IMG/VR virus record: IMGVR_UViG_3300010396_000003
Span: 128,001 to 152,425 of that record
DNA: 24,425 bases
Origin: a virus
Taxonomy: Duplodnaviria; Heunggongvirae; Uroviricota; Caudoviricetes
Direction: 5' to 3' (one strand)
Part shown: positions 1-8,104 of the stretch, in pieces
Layout of the letters: the number at the start of each line of letters is the position of its first letter
Position numbering within the stretch: the stretch's first letter is position 1
Program-made: the position numbers and the translations under genes
Notes under the pieces: model-generated
Databases searched by the model: none
Seen by the model: only the letters and a program-made list of their open reading frames with translations
Told to the model about the DNA's origin: nothing

Positions 1-671
1 CATCCGGTACACGCCCCGGCAGCCGGTAGTAATTCTGCATCCTTGATGTCGAATGGTGCGTCCTTTAGTCGTCGGTGAAATTGTTCTTGGATTTGGTATG
101 CCAATTGATGTGGCGAGCCAAATGTATCTCCGCGATCTTCCTTGAGCCAGGTAAGAATTTCCTTTTGGTGTTCTGGTTGTTGCCGCGCGATCAGAATCGC
201 ATGGGATAGCGTGAACTTATTAGTCCGAAACATTTTTTGTGCTTCGGAAATAAGGTTCACAAGGACCAAGCGCATACGAATGTAGGATTCCGACTTCCCG
301 ACGCGCAGACTGATGTTCTTTGGGTCTCCTTGAATACGTTGATATCCAAGTGCTTCATCTAGGGGATGAAGGTCCGCGCGTTGAAGATTCTCGATGTTCT
401 GAATTTCTGCAATTTCTGCCTCGTTCAGATCATCGCGGTTTAGACACGGTACAGTCTTGAGACCAGCTAAACCGGCCGCGCGCCAACGCCGCTCACCAGC
501 GATAATGCGGAAAGTTCCAGAGCCATTCTGTGGAATGACCAGAATCGGCTGGAGGATTCCGTGCGTTTTGATTGTGTCCGCGAGTTCGCCCATCTGCTCT
601 TTATCGAACTGCTTTCGCGGATTGTTTGGATCAACCGAAAGATTACCTATCGGAACTTCAATTAGATTCAT
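1..671 (-). CDS. parB: ParB/RepB/Spo0J family protein (3' end runs off the window)
   Basis: Manual translation from ATG 671 (RBS AAGGGAG) gives MNLIEVPIGNLSVDPNNPRKQFD...GILQPILV...IIAGERRWRAA...ENLQRADLHPLDEA, the classic ParB CTPase motifs followed by an HTH. Absent from the ORF track because its stop is outside the window. Confidence 0.93.
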   Translation of the reverse strand, partial: MNLIEVPIGNLSVDPNNPRKQFDKEQMGELADTIKTHGILQPILVIPQNGSGTFRIIAGERRWRAAGLAGLKTVPCLNRDDLNEAEIAEIQNIENLQRADLHPLDEALGYQRIQGDPKNISLRVGKSESYIRMRLVLVNLISEAQKMFRTNKFTLSHAILIARQQPEHQKEILTWLKEDRGDTFGSPHQLAYQIQEQFHRRLKDAPFDIKDAELLPAAGACTG

Positions 672-834
672 TGTTCTCCCTTTCGAGAATTTGACCGATA
701 TTCATTAATGCGGTGCTTCCACAAACCGGACAGTGTCCGTTCTTGGCAGACGTGATCATATGGCAGTCCTGACAAAGGGTCGCAGATTGCAATGGAATAG
801 CGTCCACATGAACGGACACCTGTTTCTTCGCCAT
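658..834 (-). CDS. small zinc-ribbon protein (58 aa)
   Basis: Manual translation: MAKKQVSVHVDAIPLQSATLCQDCHMITSAKNGHCPVCGSTALMNIGQILERENNESN. Two CxxC pairs and RBS GGAGG. Below the ORF-track length cutoff. Confidence 0.75.
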   Translation of the reverse strand: MAKKQVSVHVDAIPLQSATLCQDCHMITSAKNGHCPVCGSTALMNIGQILERENNESN

Positions 835-857
835 GCTACCTCCGGGCTGGATTTGGT

Positions 858-1232
858 TTAGGCGGCTTTGATCTTGCGCATCATGCCAGACGCGACATGA
901 AGTAAAAGCTTCCGGTCGCGCTCTCCAAGCTTTGGAATAATACGAAGGAATGGGGCAAGGCTCTTGGATTTGACCGTCGAACCGTTGGCCGTTGTTGCTG
1001 CTGTGATACTGCCAAGGTTCGCCGGTGCCTTGATGCTTGGATCGACAAAAATCTGATAGAGCGGGATTTCCATGGCGCGCGCCATCTTCTCCAAAGTCTC
1101 AACTGACGGCACGGTATGACCGTTCTCCACGCGGCTAATATAGCAGCGCAAGAGTCCGGTGCGTTTCTCGATGTCACCCTGCGACATCTTCTTTTCTTCA
1201 CGTAACTGTTGCAGCCTTTCTCCGATAATCAT
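858..1232 (-). CDS. XRE/Cro-CI family helix-turn-helix transcriptional regulator
   Basis: IGERLQQLREEKKMSQGDIEKRTGLLRCYISRVENGHTVPSVETLEKMA is a typical HTH_3 domain. RBS AAGGGAG. Confidence 0.92.
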   Translation of the reverse strand: MIIGERLQQLREEKKMSQGDIEKRTGLLRCYISRVENGHTVPSVETLEKMARAMEIPLYQIFVDPSIKAPANLGSITAATTANGSTVKSKSLAPFLRIIPKLGERDRKLLLHVASGMMRKIKAA

Positions 1233-1273
1233 TGTTTCTCCCTTGTTTTTGGATTTGTAATTCTGAAAACGTT

Positions 1274-1453
1274 TTAATCAACTTCCTTAACGGTGGTTCT
1301 GACGACGATTGGCGACTTCTTTTGCCGATCGGCGAATTGGATGGCACGTTCTTTATTAATATAGACCCGAGCAAACTTCTCGCCATCCTTGTAAAACACT
1401 GTTGTTTGCCAGTGCTGATGCTTCCGGCGTCTATCGGTGAACGTTCGTTTCAT
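1274..1453 (-). CDS. small basic hypothetical protein (59 aa)
   Basis: Manual translation: MKRTFTDRRRKHQHWQTTVFYKDGEKFARVYINKERAIQFADRQKKSPIVVRTTVKEVD. Strong RBS AAAGGAGGT. Confidence 0.75.
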   Translation of the reverse strand: MKRTFTDRRRKHQHWQTTVFYKDGEKFARVYINKERAIQFADRQKKSPIVVRTTVKEVD

Positions 1454-1754
1454 CGTGACCTCCTTTCAGAAGATTTAAATCAAGCGGGATTCGTTCTATC
1501 AGGTGGCCGCAGACGATTACATCTTTGCGTCCCATCATCTTGGGCCGCGAATCCAATTCAAACGGGTCGGAAACAATCTCAAAATATTCTCTTGCCATAC
1601 AGCGGTTTGTTGGTTCAACGCGGCTAAGGGAAACGCGCCGCGCAAAGAATGTCTTGCCCTGGGCGGCTAGCCAGCGGTCTTTTATTTTGGGGTTACGCAA
1701 ATCCTGACAGCGTAATGCCATTATGGGGTTGTCAGTAATGCGAAGGTGAATCAC
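1431..1754 (-). CDS. hypothetical protein
   Basis: 107-aa ORF whose start overlaps the upstream stop (GTGA coupling at 1751-1754). Confidence 0.55.
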   Translation of the reverse strand: MIHLRITDNPIMALRCQDLRNPKIKDRWLAAQGKTFFARRVSLSRVEPTNRCMAREYFEIVSDPFELDSRPKMMGRKDVIVCGHLIERIPLDLNLLKGGHDETNVHR

Positions 1755-2365
1755 CGGCGAAGACTCGCCATCTGCGCCGACACTTCTAGGCGCTTAACCC
1801 TGGCAGCGTGTTCGATAATGGTGAACGTAGTGAAAAATCCGGCAGCGAGTGCCAGTAATACCAATAGAAATACCAGCGTATTTGAATCGCGATTATCATC
1901 GTCAAATACGCTCGTGACGTCCCGCAAAATCTCTGGCATCGCGCGTATCGCATCGATAGTGTTATAGACCTGCGCAAACGTGTTATAGGCCGCAATGCCG
2001 CCGCTTGCAAAGTCGCGGTTACGCCAAAAGGATTGCCAGCTTGAAATGGTTATGCCAATACCCGAGCCGATGATTGGGAGAATAATCACCAAGTACCCGA
2101 GCTCGATCATGGCGTTGACATAACGAGGTGCCAATAGAACATGGCCGTGATAATGAATGGTACCAGCCAGATATCCAAGTACGAATAGATAGCACCAAGT
2201 GAATCCGCAGCCGGACATAATTGCGGCGCACCAAGTAACGAAATGCGTGAATCCGCCCTGTGCTTTCGACTCAATCCACGTGCGCCCGACGCCCCAAGCA
2301 TTGAGCCAGCTAATACCAAAGTTCAGAATCCAGATGAAAAAGAAACCGATTCCAAGTCCGCTCAT
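1751..2365 (-). CDS. integral membrane hypothetical protein (about 4-5 TM helices)
   Basis: Several hydrophobic segments. Start moved to ATG 2365 (MSGLGIGFFF) after RBS AGGAGAG. Confidence 0.75.
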   Translation of the reverse strand: MSGLGIGFFFIWILNFGISWLNAWGVGRTWIESKAQGGFTHFVTWCAAIMSGCGFTWCYLFVLGYLAGTIHYHGHVLLAPRYVNAMIELGYLVIILPIIGSGIGITISSWQSFWRNRDFASGGIAAYNTFAQVYNTIDAIRAMPEILRDVTSVFDDDNRDSNTLVFLLVLLALAAGFFTTFTIIEHAARVKRLEVSAQMASLRR

Positions 2366-2366
2366 T

Positions 2367-2846
2367 CTATTTCTCTCCTGAGACAGGTTCCATGCACCGT
2401 CCATTTGTTTCGCAAACCAACCTCAAAAGACTTGCAGCAACTTCTGCAACATCTTCGGGACAATTCGCATCATCAAACCTCAACCTATAAGCGGTCGGCC
2501 ATAGGTATTCACATAATGAATTACTTGTATTCCATCCCATAAATAACCCGTAAGCTATTTCAGGATCCAAGCCGAGAACTCTTTTGGAATGTCTTTCGCA
2601 AAACCTGCGGATACTTGCCGGACCGGTTATATAGTCGTCGTCGATTTTCTTGAGAACGGCTATGGATCCGCCAATACAGCACAACGTTCCACACGGCGGA
2701 ACCTTTCGCGCTATTCCGTCCATACTACTGTAATAACCAGGCGTGTCTGTTTTTCTCCAGGAAGACATTCCAAAGCCGCGTCCATGCTCTCGTTGGATGA
2801 ATGGGATTAGCTTTTCCAGAACGAATTTCTTTTGCCTCGCATTCAC
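2367..2846 (-). CDS. phage-type hypothetical protein with CGTxCCxGG motif
   Basis: 159-aa ORF packed in the operon, RBS AAAGGA, Cys motif CGTLCCIGG. Confidence 0.65.
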   Translation of the reverse strand: MNARQKKFVLEKLIPFIQREHGRGFGMSSWRKTDTPGYYSSMDGIARKVPPCGTLCCIGGSIAVLKKIDDDYITGPASIRRFCERHSKRVLGLDPEIAYGLFMGWNTSNSLCEYLWPTAYRLRFDDANCPEDVAEVAASLLRLVCETNGRCMEPVSGEK

Positions 2847-2866
2847 AGTGATTATCCTTTCTTATC

Positions 2867-3010
2867 TTATGGAACGGTGAAGGTGGATTTGCAGCGATTA
2901 CACCTATAGCCGTGGTCGCCGTTTACTAAATCAATGTCGCGTGATTCGCAATCTGGACAAATTGGGTCGCCATTGTCGTCGTAATCGCATTCCACGTCAA
3001 AATCTTCCAC
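2867..3010 (-). CDS. small zinc-ribbon protein (47 aa)
   Basis: Manual translation from GTG 3010 (RBS AGGAG): MEDFDVECDYDDNGDPICPDCESRDIDLVNGDHGYRCNRCKSTFTVP, with CPDC and CNRC pairs. Confidence 0.65.
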   Translation of the reverse strand: MEDFDVECDYDDNGDPICPDCESRDIDLVNGDHGYRCNRCKSTFTVP

Positions 3011-3011
3011 G

Positions 3012-3794
3012 TTATGCTCCTGTAAAAAGATTTTTGTTCTTCATTTGTTTGCAATACGTCGCATACTGTTTCGGATATTCGTGGTAGGTCTTGCCATCGA
3101 GCTCTGTTCCCATTTCAGTTCTGACAGCGGCAGATTGCTTAAAAAAGAAGGCCATATCGCGCGCGCGGCAAATCGTCAAAATCTTACGCGCCCAGTCATG
3201 TTCCATTGGTCGAAAGTTGTGGGAGTTATTGCCACTTTCGCCTCCCACAATAAGTTGATGAAATCCGTCAACATGTTCTTCCAGTTCAGGACAAATGTCT
3301 TCAAGTAACGGTTCGAGCGATGCAAACCTGACTGCGGCAGGAATGTTACGCAAAACATCCATACGTTTCAAGTGCTTCTTAAGTCCAACACTTGTTCCCA
3401 ACCACACATTTGGATAGCCACTTCCCCAATCCGCCGGCAATCGCTTTTCGATTAACTGTGGCCGCTTGGTCAGAATCTGATAGATCAGGTTTGGCGTGTC
3501 ATGAATAATCTGCCAAGCCTCCGGACGCCACGCATCGGCTTGCTGAATAAAAAAGTCGGAGAGAGAACAAGTAAAAACCAAATCGCAGCGGTTTGCGCTG
3601 GCTGCCTCTCTCTGCCAACGCTTTGGATCGTTCCATGTCTTTGTGCGCGTTATAGTATCGAATGATCCTTTTCCGCGTGTGCGCTCAATCAAAACTTTTG
3701 CGTAACACTTGTCACATTCCTCGCTTACAACGCGACAACCAATCCAGAAATTCAACGTGCGGTTAGCCCATGAAATACGGGTGCTATCTCCCAC
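3012..3794 (-). CDS. DUF5131 (phage Gp37/Gp68) family protein
   Basis: Family-diagnostic motifs: ISWANRTLNFWIGCRVVSEECDKCYA three-Cys motif, FTCSLSDFF, YQILTKRP, NVWLGTSV, SLEPLL, IVGGESG, FFFKQ. Confidence 0.93.
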   Translation of the reverse strand: MGDSTRISWANRTLNFWIGCRVVSEECDKCYAKVLIERTRGKGSFDTITRTKTWNDPKRWQREAASANRCDLVFTCSLSDFFIQQADAWRPEAWQIIHDTPNLIYQILTKRPQLIEKRLPADWGSGYPNVWLGTSVGLKKHLKRMDVLRNIPAAVRFASLEPLLEDICPELEEHVDGFHQLIVGGESGNNSHNFRPMEHDWARKILTICRARDMAFFFKQSAAVRTEMGTELDGKTYHEYPKQYATYCKQMKNKNLFTGA

Positions 3795-3831
3795 TTTGAT
3801 GCTCCTGTACTTATATAGTTGTGAAAGTGTG

Positions 3832-3860
3832 ATTATATACTTGGAGTCTAACTTCTACAA
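3832..3860 (-). promoter_or_regulatory. sigma70-type promoter TTGTAG-N17-TATAAT with palindromic site in the spacer
   Basis: Minus strand reads TTGTAG aagttagactccaagta TATAAT in an AT-rich intergenic gap upstream of the DUF5131 gene. Confidence 0.7.
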
Positions 3861-3897
3861 CAGGAATTTATAACGGTTTTTATTGCGGAATTAGTGC

Positions 3898-4275
3898 CTA
3901 TTCTGCAAGAGAAAAGATGCGGGTCGGTGGTGTCTTTTCTTCTGCCTTTAAGAGACGGTCTGCTATTTCCAGATGCGCAAGATAAATGCAATTACAATCG
4001 CGTCCTGTCGTATCAAGTATTCCCTGACGGAAATTCTCTACGTGTCGCGGTCCGCGACGGTCATGAATTTCGAATGCCAGCATCATGATTTCTTTGTTTA
4101 CGAGTTCCGTTGGCTGTATTTCCTGTTCTCGTAGTTTCTTTTCGAGTTTACGGATACGGTTTTCGAGTTTATAGATATGGTTCTCTGCATAACGCAGCAG
4201 GTACGAAGCACACTGAATCGTGTGCCAATCTATCTCGTGGGGTGAAAACTTCTTTGCACAGAATGGGCATAGCAT
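3898..4275 (-). CDS. hypothetical protein (N-terminal CxxC...H...C zinc finger, coiled coil)
   Basis: MLCPFC...WHTIQC, heptad-rich middle, ends PTRIFSLAE. Confidence 0.65.
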   Translation of the reverse strand: MLCPFCAKKFSPHEIDWHTIQCASYLLRYAENHIYKLENRIRKLEKKLREQEIQPTELVNKEIMMLAFEIHDRRGPRHVENFRQGILDTTGRDCNCIYLAHLEIADRLLKAEEKTPPTRIFSLAE

Positions 4276-4276
4276 G

Positions 4277-4918
4277 TCATTGATCCAATGTTAGGATTCT
4301 GCTTGGCTGTTGTTCATTCTTAGGAGAAATGATTTCACCGTTTTCATTGGTCGGTTCCACGATCATTCCATAATAATCGACTCTAAGAAGTCTGATTACG
4401 TAGCCAGATGTAATTTTGGCTGTTGGGCATTGCTGCGTTAATTGGCACCGATCGCCGTACTCCATGAGATCAACCTTACCTGGCACATCCCAGTGTTCGG
4501 GAATACCCATGGCGCGCTTCATTGCTTTACTGATCGGCATCTTGCCGGCGCCGTAGGTTACTTTGCCGCGAGTTAAAAATACGGCCGTCTTGTACCGAAT
4601 GAGCGGTAAGAGCTCACTCCATAATTCCCAAGGGTCGCCATAAGTATCGATGTCAATAGCGTTGTAACGGCTTATGTCAAGTGCCTTAATAATGCGCGGA
4701 GTTATCTTGACGCGGATCGTGCCAGGTTGCCGATCGTCTTTATCGACAGGCGTATAACTTAAAACATTTAATTGCTGGCGCAGTCCCTTCCAGATATGAC
4801 CTTCACCGGCAAATAGATCCAAGACCCGCAGTGGTTCAAGCTGCGCTTCTTTGATCACCTTGTACCGGAGGTTCTGCTTGTCCATCAGGCTTCTGTTGTC
4901 TGTCTTTTTTGTGCCCAT
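4277..4918 (-). CDS. class I SAM-dependent methyltransferase-like protein
   Basis: Motif I RVLDLFAGEG and a downstream IDIDTYGDPW (DxDxYG, Trm1/TcmP-like). Ends PSRILTLDQ. Confidence 0.65.
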   Translation of the reverse strand: MGTKKTDNRSLMDKQNLRYKVIKEAQLEPLRVLDLFAGEGHIWKGLRQQLNVLSYTPVDKDDRQPGTIRVKITPRIIKALDISRYNAIDIDTYGDPWELWSELLPLIRYKTAVFLTRGKVTYGAGKMPISKAMKRAMGIPEHWDVPGKVDLMEYGDRCQLTQQCPTAKITSGYVIRLLRVDYYGMIVEPTNENGEIISPKNEQQPSRILTLDQ

Positions 4919-5186
4919 TATTTCGCTTCTTCTTTTTTTGCCGATTCCAAATCAAACAAACAGTCGATGCGGAGACACTATACATCTTCGCAACTTCCGC
5001 CTGAGAGGTGCCGGCCTTGAGTTTTACTACGATTTCTGCAACCTGTTCGTCGGTCAGCAGTTTTTGCCTGCCGCCCATACGTCCCCACTCGCGGATTTTT
5101 TTGCGCGAATACTTCTTTGCGCGAGCCTTCCCGCCAGCTTTACCGATTTTATAAAAGAATTCCTGTAGTTCCTTACTCTTTTCCAT
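4836..5186 (-). CDS. basic helix-turn-helix DNA-binding protein
   Basis: LTDEQVAEIVVKLKAGTSQAEVAKMYSVSASTVCLIW is an HTH. The N-terminus carries GKAGG/GRMGG repeats. Confidence 0.75.
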   Translation of the reverse strand: MEKSKELQEFFYKIGKAGGKARAKKYSRKKIREWGRMGGRQKLLTDEQVAEIVVKLKAGTSQAEVAKMYSVSASTVCLIWNRQKKKKRNNGHKKDRQQKPDGQAEPPVQGDQRSAA

Positions 5187-5192
5187 AAGACC

Positions 5193-5477
5193 TCACTTCG
5201 TGTCCATAACGCTGTGTCCGGTAAAGATACACTCCAGCTTCTCATTGATGTAATTGACCATATGCGATTCAAGCGGTAGAGATTGTCCGGTATGGGCGTT
5301 GCATTCCGAAAAGTCGATGCCCTTCTTGTGCGCTTCTTCACACGCCTTAATATATTCGTTCATTAAGCCACAAAACTCAATGAACGGATGGTTGCCGATT
5401 TGGACTGCGGCTGAATAAAAAGCGGCCGAAGCCATTTTCATTTTATTGATGGCAACTTTTCTTTCAGTGGCGTTCAT
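5193..5477 (-). CDS. hypothetical protein
   Basis: 94-aa ORF, ATGA-coupled to the upstream gene. Confidence 0.7.
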   Translation of the reverse strand: MNATERKVAINKMKMASAAFYSAAVQIGNHPFIEFCGLMNEYIKACEEAHKKGIDFSECNAHTGQSLPLESHMVNYINEKLECIFTGHSVMDTK

Positions 5478-5782
5478 GTAGACTTCCTTTCAAGGATGGC
5501 AACCATAAGACCGGTACTGTCGAATACATGCCAGTGTTTATCTTTTCTGGTGCATGTACCATAGAAGCAGCGACCTGTATCTATCGGTACGACCGCAATC
5601 ATGTTCTGTAGATTTAATTCGCGGAAGTCGGCTTCGGTTGTCTCGGTTTCCTTAATCGCTTCTCCAACTTCCTGAAGTAAAGTTTCAGTATGTTTTGTCG
5701 GTTTAAAACGTCCATTCTGTACAGATACATGGAATGCTAACTCATCCATAAGTTTACGAGCGGCATTGGATAAACGATTCAT
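5474..5782 (-). CDS. hypothetical protein
   Basis: 102-aa ORF, ATGA-coupled on both sides. Confidence 0.65.
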   Translation of the reverse strand: MNRLSNAARKLMDELAFHVSVQNGRFKPTKHTETLLQEVGEAIKETETTEADFRELNLQNMIAVVPIDTGRCFYGTCTRKDKHWHVFDSTGLMVAILERKST

Positions 5783-6234
5783 GCAGCATCCTCTGAAATT
5801 TCGTTTAGTGCTCTATGGAAAATATCCGCTATTTCCTGGTTGGATAGATTCAAAATCTTCAAGCGGATAATTGCGGTAGTAAGTGCCTTCTCGGCTTTTT
5901 CCCGTATATTTTCAAGTTGTTTGGTCGTGAGCGACGGCATAGCCATATCTACCATCCGATGCTCTCCAGCGCTCCTAGAGAGTCTTATGGCGGCTATGTG
6001 AATCTTCCTTGCTTCATACTTTACGGTAATCATTGAATACCGGTTAAATATTGTGGAATAAACTTGGTCCTTGCCAAGCTCTAACAGTTCAGCTTGTGAC
6101 CATCCGGCGATAAGTAAGCCGCGATTGTGTTTTTCATCCCACAGGCGCAGCATCTTTGAAGATGGTTCTTGTTTTGTTCGTTCGCACCATTTCCGAAATC
6201 GATCAAATGCTTTCTGTTCTGATTTATTGCTCAT
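5779..6234 (-). CDS. hypothetical protein immediately downstream of the mini-array
   Basis: 151-aa ORF with RBS GGAGGA and ATGA overlap with the next gene. Confidence 0.7.
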   Translation of the reverse strand: MSNKSEQKAFDRFRKWCERTKQEPSSKMLRLWDEKHNRGLLIAGWSQAELLELGKDQVYSTIFNRYSMITVKYEARKIHIAAIRLSRSAGEHRMVDMAMPSLTTKQLENIREKAEKALTTAIIRLKILNLSNQEIADIFHRALNEISEDAA

Positions 6235-6264
6235 GTTTTAGTCCTCCGACTGTAACATTTCGAT

Positions 6265-6499
6265 GTTCCAACACCCATTCTGTAACAACTGATGCCTGTG
6301 CTTGCCGGTATATCTTCATTAGTTTTGCGTTTGCGGCAGGTATTTGCGCTTTTCGGTTCCAACATCCCTTCTGCTGGACTTTGGTCCACTCTCGAAGAAG
6401 TTCCAACACCCTTTCCGTTGGACACAGTTCTGCATACGCGAATGATGGTGGTAAAGGTAGTCGTTCCAACACCCTTTCCGTTGGACACAGTTCTGCAAC
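6265..6499 (-). CRISPR. degenerate mini CRISPR array; repeat GTTGCAGAACTGTGTCCAACGGAAAGGGTGTTGGAAC (37 nt, minus strand)
   Basis: R1 6463-6499 is full length. R2 6400-6437 is identical apart from one extra base near its 5' end. R3 6356-6379 keeps only the 3' 24 nt (hairpin retained). R4 6265-6286 has an internal deletion. Unique spacers are about 25 nt (6438-6462), 20 nt (6380-6399) and 69 nt (6287-6355). The array starts 30 nt after the effector stop codon. Confidence 0.88.
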
Positions 6500-6529
6500 C
6501 GCTCTGGTAAGGCACGAATATACAGCACT

Positions 6530-8104
6530 TTACGCATGGGCCGCCATGCTCTTTTTTCGCAAACCTTCCGATTGCACATTATTTCCACGGGTTTGCGAAA
6601 AAATCCACCTTACAATATTATGGTCGCCGTCAGACAAATGTCCCTTGGCGCAGCCTACCTGCGAATCGGAACCGGTCAGATCAACGATTTGACCGCCGCA
6701 TACGAAGCAACGGACTTCTTCGTTGTTTTCGATGATTTTACCGTCGCGCTTATGTGCTGCATTGGAAATCGCTATCTTCAGTTTTCCCAATGCGATCCAG
6801 TCGCGCCGCTCAGCCCCTTTGTTTGAGTCTTTCTCTTTTAGTTTTGGAAGATCAATCATCCGCAAAACTACATTAGAATCTGTCACAATCTCTTTGGCCA
6901 CATTCCCATAGACCCAATCGCGCCGGCGATTCCACCAATTGCGTAGCATTCTTTCCTTAACTAGATATTGGATATACTGCCGATTCCAGGTCTGTAGACC
7001 AGTTTTAATATCGACGTGCTCGCCGTTGGATTCCAACTCAAAAAGTAACTGGCGTAGACCACGCGCCCCCAATTTATCAAAAGCACCACCCTGGATACCA
7101 CGTTCGGCCAACCATCCTTGCATTGACTTTTTACACGACTGCACGATCTCTGAACGCAATGCGCGGAGATTTGAAATTGCTTCCGGTGAAACGATGGAGT
7201 TATTCCTTACAAAAGCGCGAGGAAAGAAATATTCTTTGATCCGATGACCATTATAAACAACAGCAAAACGGATGCGATCATCGATTAACCGCCAATTTAG
7301 ATCGACAACCTTAGTCTTATTGTAGACTGGCGGCTCTTTCTGTTCAGTTGCGGGATTCCGTTCCGCCGTGAAGGATAGATAGTACTCCCATGGATCAACA
7401 AACGACTCCCGCCGACCACAAAAGTACACACGCTTATATATTGAATCAACAGGAACCTCGGAATGGAATATGACGTCCAATCCAATTTCGCTTGTTCCAA
7501 GCGAAAACCACGCCGTTCCCTGTCGACTACGACGGTTATCCCTGCTGTTTGTAAAATATGCTGATGCATCCGGTGGAACCATTCGGAAGCGTTTTGAGTT
7601 ACCGATCAAGGCTCTATAAGTCGCCCCGCCGCCAGTGTATCGAACCAGAAGGATGGAGAAATGTGTTATACCGCGCTTCGGTTTTGGAAATCCACCGCCA
7701 TGTTTTAGTCTCTTGAACACAGACTTAAAACGATTCACTATATCGGCATTTCTCTCGCGCTCCATACCGTTGCCGGTGGCAGCAACAGAATTTAAATATT
7801 CTTCCCACTGTTTCCAGTATTCGGTATCACCAAACTTAGGTTTCGGATGTTTTTTCTCCCACTTCTTAATTTCAACGCCGGCCGCTTTACGGTCTGCACG
7901 CAGTTGATTCCACGCCTCGCGTTCCGTAGTCCAGTTAGGATGCGCAGCTAACCAAGCATCGCTGCGTCTCTGCCTTTCATCACAGAGTTGGTTCCAAATC
8001 TGCTGTTCACGCATTGCTTCGTTAAAAATAGGGTCGGGCAATCGAAATGCGTTTGAATGTTCCTTTAAATACGCACGGAATTGTGGGGGATTGTCGATCT
8101 TCAT
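6530..8104 (-). CDS. cas12m: compact type V CRISPR effector, Cas12m (V-U1)-like TnpB derivative, probably nuclease-inactive
   Basis: RuvC-I VVDLNWR (D268; Cas12m-type DLGWR), WED-like IFHSEVPVDSIYKRV...WEYYLSFT, bridge helix RRRDWVYGNVAKEI, RuvC-II VVLRMIDL (R415 at the catalytic Glu position), Zn finger CFVC...CAKGH, RuvC-III DGDHN (D494). Adjacent to the CRISPR repeats. Confidence 0.78.
   Translation of the reverse strand: MKIDNPPQFRAYLKEHSNAFRLPDPIFNEAMREQQIWNQLCDERQRRSDAWLAAHPNWTTEREAWNQLRADRKAAGVEIKKWEKKHPKPKFGDTEYWKQWEEYLNSVAATGNGMERERNADIVNRFKSVFKRLKHGGGFPKPKRGITHFSILLVRYTGGGATYRALIGNSKRFRMVPPDASAYFTNSRDNRRSRQGTAWFSLGTSEIGLDVIFHSEVPVDSIYKRVYFCGRRESFVDPWEYYLSFTAERNPATEQKEPPVYNKTKVVDLNWRLIDDRIRFAVVYNGHRIKEYFFPRAFVRNNSIVSPEAISNLRALRSEIVQSCKKSMQGWLAERGIQGGAFDKLGARGLRQLLFELESNGEHVDIKTGLQTWNRQYIQYLVKERMLRNWWNRRRDWVYGNVAKEIVTDSNVVLRMIDLPKLKEKDSNKGAERRDWIALGKLKIAISNAAHKRDGKIIENNEEVRCFVCGGQIVDLTGSDSQVGCAKGHLSDGDHNIVRWIFSQTRGNNVQSEGLRKKSMAAHA

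Noticed and set aside
6156-6692. ORFs 6156-6692(+), 6224-6472(-), 6231-6515(-), 6292-6510(+) and 6319-6588(-) with repeated peptides such as QNCVQRKGCWN
   Set aside because: The peptide repeats are just translations of the CRISPR repeats, so these are not credible genes.
6530-8104. Interpretation as an ordinary IS200/IS605 TnpB transposon gene
   Set aside because: No TnpA or serine recombinase and no recognisable transposon ends. The protein is longer than typical TnpB, has Cas12m-type motifs and is followed by spaced repeats.
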